Assembly: GCA_964016885.1 (NCBI GenBank)
Contig: OZ024742.1
Coordinates: 42,470,001-42,534,000 of the forward strand
Source of the DNA: Eledone cirrhosa
Lineage: Eukaryota
DNA length: 64,000 nt
Direction of reading: 5' to 3'
The notes beneath the pieces are model-generated. The model searched no databases. It saw nothing but the letters and a program-made list of their open reading frames with translations, and was not told the DNA's origin. Both the position numbers and the translations under genes were made by a program. Positions 52,901 to 64,000 of this stretch are shown here, in pieces. The first letter of the stretch is position 1, and each line of letters starts with the position of its first letter.

Positions 52901-55900
52901 ATGTACAGTGGGTGGGTAGATATTAGATAGATGTACAGTGGGTGGGTAGCTATTAGATTGAGGTACAGTGGGTGGGTAGCTATTAGATAGATGTACAGTG
53001 GGTGGGTAGCTATTAGATTGAGGTACAGTTGTTGGGTAGCTATTAGATAGATGTAAAGTGGGTGGGTAGCTATTAGATTGAGGTACAGTGGGTGGGTAGC
53101 TATTAGATAGATGTACAGTGGGTGGGTAGCTATTAGATTGAGGTACAGTTGTTGGGTAGCTATTAGATAGATGTACAGTGGGTGGGTAGCTATTAGATTG
53201 AGGTACAGTGGGTGGGTAGCTATTAGATAGATGTACAGTGGGTGGGTAGCTATTAGATTGAGGTACTGTGGGTGAGTAGCTATTAGATAGATATACAGTG
53301 GGTGGGTAGCTATTAGATAGATGTACAGTGGGTGGGTAGCTATTAGATAGATGTACGGTGGGTGGGTAGCTATTAGATAGATGTACGGTGGGTGGGTAGC
53401 TATTAGATAAATGTACGGTGGGTGGGTAGCTATTAGATAGATGTACAGTGGGTGGGTAGCTATTAGATAGATGTACAGTGGGTGGGTAGCTATTAGATAG
53501 ATGTACAGTGGGTGGGTAGCTATGAGATAGATGTAGAGTGGGTGGGTAGCTATTAGATAGATGTACGGTGGGTAGCTATTAGATAGATGTACGCAGGGTG
53601 GGTAGCTATTAGATAAATGTAGTGGGTGGGTAGCTATTAGATAGATGTACAGTGGGTGGGTAGCTATTAGATAGATGTACAGTGGGTGGGTAACTATTAG
53701 ATAGATGTACGGTGGGTGGGTAGCTATTAGATAGATGTACTGTGGGTGGGTAGCTATTAGATAGATGTACAGTGGGTGGGTAGCTATTAGATAGATGTAC
53801 AGTGGGTGGCTAGCTATTAGATAGATGTACGGTGGGTGGGTAGCTATTAGATAGATGTACGGTGGGTGGGTAGCTATTAGATAGATGTACAGTGGGTGGG
53901 TAGCTATTAGATAGATGTACGGTGGGTGGGTAGCTATTAGATAGATGTACAGTGGGTGGGTAGCTATTAGATAGATGTACAGTGGGTGGGTAGCTATTAG
54001 ATAGATGTACAGTGGGTGGGTAGCTATTAGATAGATGTACAGTGGGTGGGTAGCTATTAGATAGATGTACAGTGGGTGAGTAGCTATTAGATTGAGGTAC
54101 TCTGGGTGGGTAGCTATTAGATAGATGTACAGTCGGTGGGTAGCTATTAGATAGATGTACAGTGGGCGGGTAGCTATTAGATAGATGTACAGTGGGTGGG
54201 TAGCTATGAGATAGATGTACAGTGGGTGGGTAGCTATTAGATAGATGTACGGTGGGTAGCTATTAGATAGATGTACGCATGGTGGGTAGCTATTAGATAG
54301 ATGTACGCAGGGTGGGTAGCTATTAGATAAATGTAGTGGGTGGGTAACTATTAGATAGATGTACGGTGGGTGGGTAGCTATTAGATAGATGTACAGTGGG
54401 TGGGTAGCTATTAGATAGATGTACAGTGGGTGGGTAGCTATTAGATAGATGTACTGTGGGTGGATAGCTATTAGATAGATGTACTGTGGGTGGGTAGATA
54501 TTAGATAGATGTACAGTGGGTGGGTAGCTATTAGATAGATGTACAGTGGGTGGGTAGCTATTAGATAGATGTACAGTGGGTAGGTAGCTATTAGATAGAT
54601 GTACAGAGGGTGGGTAGCTATTAGATAGATGTACAGTGGGTGGGTAGCTATTAGATAGATGTACAGTGGGTGGGTAGCTATTAGATAGATGTACGGTGGG
54701 TGGGTAGCTATTAGATTGAGGTACGGTGGGTGGGTAGCTATTAGATAGATGTACAGTGGGTGGGTAACTATTAGATAGATGTACGGTGGGTGGGTAGCTA
54801 TTAGATAGATGTACTGTGGGTGGGTAGCTATTAGATAGATGTACAGTGGGTGGGTAGCTATTAGATAGATGTACAGTGGGTGGCTAGCTATTAGATAGAT
54901 GTACAGTGGGTGGGTAACTATTAGATAGATGTATGCAGGGTGGGTAGCTATTAGATAGATGTACAGTGGGTGGGTAGCTATTAGATAGATGTACAGTGGG
55001 TGGGTAGCTATTAGATAGATGTAGGGTGGGTGGCTAGCTATTAGATAGATGTACTGTGGGTGGGTAGATATTAGATAGATGTACAGTGGGTGGGTAGCTA
55101 TTAGATAGATGTACAGTGGGTGGGTAGCTATTAGATAGATGTACAGTGGGTAGGTAGCTATTAGATAGATGTACAGAGGGTGGGTAGCTATTAGATAGAT
55201 GTACAGTGGGTGGGTAGCTATTAGATAGATGTACAGTGGGTGGGTAGCTATTAGATAGATGTACGGTGGGTGGGTAGCTATTAGATTGAGGTACGGTGGG
55301 TGGGTAGCTATTAGATAGATGTACAGTGGGTGGGTAGCTATTAGATAGATGTACGGTGGGTGGAGAGCTATTAGATAGATGTACAGTGGGTGGGTAGCTA
55401 TTAGATTGAGGTATAGTGGGTGGGTAGCTATTAGATAGATGTACAGTGGGTGGGTAGCTATTAGATAGATGTACAGTGGGTGGGTAGCTATTAGATTGAG
55501 GTACTGTGGGTGGGTAGCTATTAGATAGATGTACAGTGGGTGGGTAGCTATTAGATAGATGTACAGTGGGTGGGTAGCTATTAGATAGATGTATGCAGGG
55601 TGGGTAGCTATTAGATAGATGTACAGTGGGTGGGTAGCTATTAGATACATGTACAGTGGGTGGGTAGCTATTAGATACATGTACAGTGGGTGGGTAGCTA
55701 TTAGATAGATGTACAGTGGGTGGGTAGCTATTAGATAGATGTACAGTGTGTGGGTAGCTATTAGATAGATGTACAGTGGGTGGGTAGCTATTAGATAGAT
55801 GTACTGTGGGTGGGTAGCTATTAGATAGAAGTACAGTGGGTGGGTAGCTATTAGTTAGATGTACAGTGGGTGGGTAGCTATTAGATAGATGCACATTGGG

Positions 55901-58900
55901 TGGGTAGCTATTAGATAGATGTACAGTGGGTGGGTAGCTATTAGATAGATGTACGGTGGGTGGGTAGCTATTAGATAGATGTACAGTGGGTGGGTAGCTA
56001 TTAGATAGATGTACAGTGGGTGGGTAGCTATTAGATAGATGTACAGTCGGTGGGTAGCTATTAGATAGGTGTACAGTGGGTAGCTATTAGATAGATGTAT
56101 GCAGGGTGGGTAGCTATTAGATAGATGTACAGTGGGTGGGTAGCTATTAGATACATGTACAGTGGGTGGGTAGCTATTAGATAGATGTACAGTGGGTGGG
56201 TAGCTATTAGATAGATGTACAGTGTGTGGGTAGCTATTAGATAGATGTACAGTGGGTGGGTAGCTATTAGATAGATGTACAGTGGGTGGATAGCTATTAG
56301 ATAGCTGTACAGTGGGTAGCTATTAGATAGATGTATGCAGGGTGGGTAGCTATTAGATAGATGTACAGTGGGTGGGGAGCTATTAGATACATGTACAGTG
56401 GGTGGGTAGCTATTAGATAGATGTACAGTGGGTGGGTAGCTATTAGATAGATGTACAGTGTGTGGGTAGCTATTAGATAGATGAACAGTGGGTGGGTAGC
56501 TATTAGATAGATGTACAGTGGGTGGATAGCTATTAGATAGATGTACAGTGGGTAGCTATTAGATAGATGTATGCAGGGTGGGTAGCTATTAGATAGATGT
56601 ACAGTGGGTGGGTAGCTATTAGATACATGTACAGTGGGTGGGTAGCTATTAGATAGATGTACAGTGGGTGGGTAGCTATTAGATAGATGTACAGTGTGTG
56701 GGTAGCTATTAGATAGATGTACAGTGGGTGGGTAGCTATTAGATAGATGTACAGTGGGTGGATAGCTATTAGATAGATGTACAGTGGGTGGGTAGCTATT
56801 AGATAGATGTACAGTGGGTGGGTAGCTATTAGATAGATGTACAGTCGGTGGGTAGCTATTAGATAGATGTACAGTGGGTGGGTAGCTATTAGATAGATGT
56901 ACAGTCGGTGGGTAGCTATTAGATAGATGTACAGTGGGTGGGTAGCTATTAGATTGAGGTACTGTGGGTGGGTAGCTATTAGATAGATGTACAGTGGGTG
57001 GGTAGCTATTAGATAAATGTACAGTGGGTGGGTAGCTATTAGATAAATGTAGTGGGTGGGTAGCTATTAGATAGATGTACAGTGGGTGGGTAGCTATTAG
57101 ATAGATGTACGGTGGGTGGGTAGCTATTAGATAGATGTACAGTGGGTGGGTAGCTATTAGATAGATGTACAGTGGGTGGGTAGCTATTAGATAGATGTAC
57201 AGTGGGTGGGTAGCTATTAGATAAATGTAGTGGGTGGGTAGCTATTAGATAGATGTACAGTGGGTGGGTAGCTATTAGATAGATGTACGGTGGGTGGGTA
57301 GCTATTAGATAGATGTACGGTGGGTGGGTAGCTATTAGATAGATGTACAGTGGGTGGGTAGCTATTAGATAGATGTACGGTGGGTGGGTAGCTATTAGAT
57401 AGATGTACAGTGGGTGGGTAGCTATTAGATAGATGTACGGTGGGTGGGTAGCTATTAGATAGATGTACGGTGGGTGGGTAGCTATTAGATAGATGTACGG
57501 TGGGTGGGTAGCTATTAGATAGATGTACAGTGGGTGGGTAGCTATTAGATAGATGTAAGGTGGGTGGGTAGCTATTAGATAGATGTACGGTGGGTGGGTA
57601 GCTATTAGATAGATGTACGGTGGGTGGGTAGCTATTAGATAGATGTACTGTGGGTGGGTAGCTATTAGATAGATGTACAGTGGGTGGGTAGCTATTAGAT
57701 AGATGTACAGTGGGTGGGTAGCTATTAGATAGATGTACAGTGGGTGGGTAGCTATTAGATAGATGTACAGTGGGTGGTTAGCTATTAGATTGAGGTACTG
57801 TGGGTGGGTAGCTATTAGATAGATGTACAGTCGGTGGGTAGCTATTAGATAGATGTACAGTGGGCGGGTAGCTATTAGATAGATGTACAGTGGGTGGGTA
57901 GCTATTAGATAGATGTACAGTCGGTGGGTAGCTATTAGATAAATGTACAGAGGGTGGGTAGCTATTAGATAGATGTACAGTGGGTGGGTAGCTATTAGAT
58001 AGATGTACGGTGGGTGGGTAGCTATTAGATAGATGTACAGTGGGTGGGTAGGTATTAGATAGATGTACAGTGGGTGGGTAGCTATTAGATTGAGGTACAG
58101 TGGGTGGGTAGCTATTAGATAGATGTACAGTGGGTGGGTAGCTATTAGATAGATGTACAGTGGGTGGGTAGCTATTAGATAGATGTACAGTGGGTGGGTA
58201 GCTATTAGATTGAGGTACAGTGGGTGGGTAGCTATTAGATTGAGGTACAGTGGGTGGGTAGCTATTAGATAGATGTACAGTGGGTGGGTAGCTATTAGAT
58301 AGATGTAGTGGGTGGGTAGCTATTAGATAGATGTACGGTGGGTGGGTAGCAATTAGATTGAGGTATTGTGGGTGGGTAGCTATTAGATTGAGGTACTGTG
58401 GGTGAGTAGCTATTAGATAGATGTACAGTGGGTGGGTAGCTATTAGATAGATGTACGGTGGGTGGGTAGCTATTAGATAGATGTACAGTGGGTGGGTAGC
58501 TATTAGATAGATGTACGGTGGATGGGTAGCTATTAGATTGAGGTACAGTGGGTGGGTAGCTATTAGATTGAGGTACAGTGGGTGGGTAGCTATTAGATAG
58601 ATGTACAGTGGGTGGGTTGCTATTAGATTGAGGTACAGTGGGTGGGTAGCTATTAGATTTAGGTACAGTGGGTGGGTAGCTATTAGATAGATGTACAGTG
58701 GGTGGGTAGCTATTAGATAGATGTAAGGTGGGTGGGTAGCTATTAGATAGATGTACGGTGGGTGGATAGCTATTAGATTGATGTACAGTGGGTGGGTAGC
58801 TATTAGATTGAGGTACAGTTGTTGGGTAGCTATTAGATAGATGTACAGTGGGTGGGTAGCTATTAGATAGATGTACAGTGGGTGGGTAGCTATTAGATTG

Positions 58901-61900
58901 AGGTACAGTGGGTGGGTAGCTATTAGATTGAGGTACAGTGGGTGGGTAGCTATTAGATAGATGTACAGTGGGTGGGTAGCTATTAGATAGATGTAGTGGG
59001 TGGGTAGCTATTAGATAGATGTACGGTGGGTGGGTAGCAATTAGATTGAGGTATTGTGGGTGGGTAGCTATTAGATTGAGGTACTGTGGGTGAGTAGCTA
59101 TTAGATAGATGTACAGTGGGTGGGTAGCTATTAGATAGATGTACGGTGGGTGGGTAGCTATTAGATAGATGTACAGTGGGTGGGTAGCTATTAGATAGAT
59201 GTACGGTGGATGGGTAGCTATTAGATTGAGGTACAGTGGGTGGGTAGCTATTAGATTGAGGTACAGTGGGTGGGTAGCTATTAGATAGATGTACAGTGGG
59301 TGGGTTGCTATTAGATTGAGGTACAGTGGGTGGGTAGCTATTAGATTTAGGTACAGTGGGTGGGTAGCTATTAGATAGATGTACAGTGGGTGGGTAGCTA
59401 TTAGATAGATGTAAGGTGGGTGGGTAGCTATTAGATAGATGTACGGTGGGTGGATAGCTATTAGATTGATGTACAGTGGGTGGGTAGCTATTAGATTGAG
59501 GTACAGTTGTTGGGTAGCTATTAGATAGATGTACAGTGGGTGGGTAGCTATTAGATAGATGTACAGTGGGTGGGTAGCTATTAGATTGAGGTACAGTGGG
59601 TGGGTAGCTATTAGATAGATGTACAGTGGGTGGGTAGCTATTAGATTGAGGTACAGTTGTTGGGTAGCTATTAGATAGATATACAGTGGGTGGGTAGCTA
59701 TTAGATTGAGGTACAGTGGGTGGGTAGCTATTAGATAGATGTACAGTGGGTGGGTAGCTATTAGATTGAGGTACAGTTGTTGGGTAGCTATTAGATAGAT
59801 GTACAGTGGGTGGGTAGCTATTAGATTGAGGTACAGTGGGTGGGTAGCTATTAGATAGATGTACAGTGGGTGGGTAGCTATTAGATTGAGGTACTGTGGG
59901 TGAGTAGCTATTAGATAGATGTACAGTGGGTGGGTAGCTATTAGATAGATGTACAGTGGGTGGGTAGCTATTAGATAGATGTACGGTGGGTGGGTAGTTA
60001 TTAGATAGATGTACGGTGGGTGGGTAGCTATTAGATAAATGTACGGTGGGTGGGTAGCTATTAGATAAATGTACGGTGGGTGGGTAGCTATTAGATAGAT
60101 GTACAGTGGGTGGGTAGCTATTAGATAGATGTACAGTGGGTGGGTAGCTATTAGATAGATGTACAGTGGGTGGGTAGCTATGAGATAGATGTACAGTGGG
60201 TGGGTAGCTATTAGATAGATGTACGGTGGGTAGCTATTAGATAGATGTACGCATGGTGGGTAGCTATTAGATAGATGTACGCAGGGTGGGTAGCTATTAG
60301 ATAAATGTAGTGGGTGGGTAGCTATTAGATAGATGTACAGTGGGTGGGTAGCTATTAGATAGATGTACAGTGGGTGGGTAACTATTAGATAGATGTACGG
60401 TGGGTGGGTAGCTATTAGATAGATGTACTGTGGGTGGGTAGCTATTAGATAGATGTACAGTGGGTGGGTAGCTATTAGATAGATGTACAGTGGGTGGCTA
60501 GCTATTAGATAGATGTACGGTGGGTGGGTAGCTATTAGATAGATGTACGGTGGGTGGGTAGCTATTAGATAGATGTACAGTGGGTGGGTAGCTATTAGAT
60601 AGATGTACGGTGGATGGGTAGCTATTAGATAGATGTACAGTGGGTGGGTAGCTATTAGATAGATGTACAGTGGGTGGGTAGCTATTAGATAGATGTACAG
60701 TGGGTGGGTAGCTATTAGATAGATGTACAGTGGGTGGGTAGCTATTAGATAGATGTACAGTGGGTGAGTAGCTATTAGATTGAGGTACTGTGGGTGGGTA
60801 GCTATTAGATAGATGTACAGTCGGTGGGTAGCTATTAGATAGATGTACAGTGGGCGGGTAGCTATTAGATAGATGTACAGTGGGTGGGTAGCTATTAGAT
60901 AGATGTACAGTCGGTGGGTAGCTATTAGATAAATGTACAGAGGGTGGGTAGCTATTAGATAGATGTACAGTGGGTGGGTATCTATTAGATAGATGTACGG
61001 TGGGTGGGTAGCTATTAGATAGATGTACAGTGGGTGGGTAGCTATTAGATAGATGTACAGTGGGTGGGTAGCTATTAGATTGAGGTACAGTGGGTGGGTA
61101 GCTATTAGATAGATGTACAGTGGGTGGGTAGCTATTAGATAGATGTAGTGGGTGGGTAGCTATTAGATAGATGTACGGTGGGTGGGTAGCAATTAGATTG
61201 CGGTATTGTGGGTGGGTAGCTATTAGATTGAGGTACTGTGGGTGAGTAGCTATTAGATAGATGTACAGTGGGTGGGTAGCTTTTAGATAGATGTACGGTG
61301 GGTGGGTAGCTATTAGATAGATGTACAGTGGGTGGGTAGCTATTAGATAGATGTACATGGATGGGTAGCTATTAGATTGAGGTACAGTGGGTGGGTAGCT
61401 ATTAGATTGAGGTACAGTGGGTGGGTAGCTATTAGATAGATGTACAGTGGGTGGGTTGCTATTAGATTGAGGTACAGTGGGTGGGTAGCTATTAGATTTA
61501 GGTACAGTGGGTGGGTAGCTATTAGATAGATGTACAGTGGGTGGGTAGCTATTAGATAGATGTAAGGTGGGTGGGTAGCTATTAGATAGATGTACGGTGG
61601 GTTGATAGCTATTAGATTGATGTACAGTGGGTGGGTAGCTATTAGATTGAGGTACAGTTGTTGGGTAGCTATTAGATAGATGTACAGTGGGTGGGTAGCT
61701 ATTAGATAGATGTACAGTGGGTGGGTAGCTATTAGATTGAGGTACAGTGGGTGGGTAGCTATTAGATTGAGGTACAGTTGTTGGGTAGCTATTAGATAGA
61801 TGTACAGTGGGTGGGTAGCTATTAGATAGATGTACAGTGGGTGGGTAGCTATTAGATTGAGGTACAGTGGGTGGGTAGCTATTAGATAGATGTACAGTGG

Positions 61901-64000
61901 GTGGGTAGCTATTAGATTGAGGTACAGTTGTTGGGTAGCTATTAGATAGATGTACAGTGGGTGGGTAGCTATTAGATTGAGGTACAGTGGGTGGGTAGCT
62001 ATTAGATAGATGTACAGTGGGTGGGTAGCTATTAGATAGATGTACAGTGGGTAGGTAGCTATTAGATAGATGTACAGAGGGTGGGTAGCTATTAGATAGA
62101 TGTACAGTGGGTGGGTAGCTATTAGATAGATGTACAGTGGGTGGGTAGCTATTAGATAGATGTACGGTGGGTGGGTAGCTATTAGATTGAGGTACGGTGG
62201 GTGGGTAGCTATTAGATAGATGTACAGTGGGTGGGTAGCTATTAGATAGATGTACGGTGGGTGGAGAGCTATTAAAAAAGATGTACAGTGGGTGGGTAGC
62301 TATTAGATTGAGGTATAGTGGGTGGGTAGCTATTAGATAGATGTACAGTGGGTGGGTAGCTATTAGATAGATGTACAGTGGGTGGGTAGCTATTAGATTG
62401 AGGTACTGTGGGTGGGTAGCTATTAGATAGATGTACAGTGGGTGGGTAGCTATTAGATAGATGTACAGTGGGTGGGTAGCTATTAGATAGGTGTACAGTG
62501 GGTAGCTATTAGATAGATGTACTGTGGGTGGGTAGCTATTAGATAGAAGTACAGTGGGTGGGTAGCTATTAGTTAGATGTACAGTGGGTGGGTAGCTATT
62601 AGATAGATGCACATTGGGTGGGTAGCTATTAGATAGATGTACAGTGGGTGGGTAGCTATTAGATAGATGTACGGTGGGTGGGTAGCTATTAGATAGATGT
62701 ACAGTGGGTGGGTAGCTATTAGATTGAGGTACTGTGGGTGGGTAGCTATTAGATAGATGTACAGTCGGTGGGTAGCTATTAGATAGATGTACAGTGGGCG
62801 GGTAGCTATTAGATAGATGTACAGTGGGTGGGTAGCTATTAGATAGATGTACAGTCGGTGGGTAGCTATTAGATAAATGTACAGAGGGTGGGTAGCTATT
62901 AGATAGATGTACAGTGGGTGGGTAGCTATTAGATAGATGTACGGTGGGTGGGTAGCTATTAGATAGATGTACAGTGGGTGGGTAGCTATTAGATAGATGT
63001 ACAGTGGGTGGGTAGCTATTAGATTGAGGTACAGTGGGTGGGTAGCTATTAGATAGATGTACAGTGGGTGGGTAGCTATTAGACAGATGTACAGTGGGTG
63101 GGTAGCTATTAGATAGATGTACAGTGGGTGGGTAGCTATTAGATTGAGGTATAGTGGGTGGGTAGCTATTAGATTGAGGTACAGTGGGTGGGTAGCTATT
63201 AGATAGATGTACAGTGGGTGGGTAGCTATTAGATAGATGTAGTGGGTGGGTAGCTATTAGATAGATGTACGGTGGGTGGGTAGCAATTAGATTGAGGTAT
63301 TGTGGGTGGGTAGCTATTAGATTGAGGTACTGTGGGTGAGTAGCTATTAGATAGATGTACAGTGGGTGGGTAGCTATTAGATAGATGTACGGTGGGTGGG
63401 TAGCTATTAGATAGATGTACAGTGGGTGGGTAGCTATTAGATAGATGTACGGTGGATGGGTAGCTATTAGATTGAGGTACAGTGGGTGGGTAGCTATTAG
63501 ATTGAGGTACAGTGGGTGGGTAGCTATTAGATAGATGTACAGTGGGTGGGTTGCTATTAGATTGAGGTACAGTGGGTGGGTAGCTATTAGATTTAGGTAG
63601 TGGGTGGGTAGCTATTAGATAGATGTACAGTGGGTGGGTAGCTATTAGATAGATGTAAGGTGGGTGGGTAGCTATTAGATAGATGTACGGTGGGTGGATA
63701 GCTATTAGATTGATGTACAGTGTGTGGGTAGCTATTAGATTGAGGTACAGTTGTTGGGTAGCTATTAGATAGATGTACAGTGGGTGGGTAGCTATTAGAT
63801 AGATGTACAGTGGGTGGGTAGCTATTAGATTGAGGTACAGTGGGTGGGTAGCTATTAGATAGATGTACAGTGGGTGGGTAGCTATTAGATTGAGGTACAG
63901 TTGTTGGGTAGCTATTAGATAGATATACAGTGGGTGGGTAGCTATTAGATTGAGGTACAGTGGGTGGGTAGCTATTAGATAGATGTACAGTGGGTGGGTA
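31972..64000. repeat. 30-bp satellite array (TAGCTATTAGATAGATGTACRGTGGGTGGG)n, >32 kb, with higher-order repeats
   Basis: Uninterrupted head-to-tail monomers to window end; rare 26/28/29-bp monomers; diagnostic variants recur every ~6 kb. Confidence 0.99.

Noticed and set aside
34173-62612. 260-1500 aa ORFs (HLSNSYPPTV / YIYLIATHPL repeats) as real genes
   Set aside because: They follow from a 30-bp unit lacking stops in two frames; starts are rare monomer variants and there are no unique domains.
31972-64000. CRISPR array or telomere
   Set aside because: No unique spacers, eukaryotic context, and no TTAGGG-type short unit.
31972-64000. tacGgt/tacAgt polymorphism as evidence of CpG methylation decay
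   Set aside because: The reciprocal taTggt variant is essentially absent, so spread of one variant by homogenisation explains it better.

Overview
AT-rich, repeat-dense animal genomic DNA; the RTE LINE, tRNA-SINE and microsatellite landscape looks cephalopod (Octopus-like), which is an inference. The minus strand carries a multi-exon gene that I read as a DZIP1/Iguana-type ciliary C2H2 zinc-finger protein: 19 exons between 31908 and the window start, with compatible phases at every junction; its 5' exons lie beyond 64000 and its 3' end before position 1. The introns contain a near full-length RTE LINE (APE endonuclease + RT with an in-frame PHD-like finger), 5'-truncated RTE copies, a non-autonomous Helitron with a nested RTE fragment, SINEs, MITEs and hammerhead-like motifs. 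The right half (~31972 to >64000) is a single 30-bp G-rich satellite array of about 1,070 monomers or more, with ~6-kb higher-order repeats. It begins ~60 bp from a splice acceptor, so it appears to be intronic, and it seems to be an amplification of that intron's branch-point region. The 260-1500 aa ORFs called in the array are repeat artefacts.
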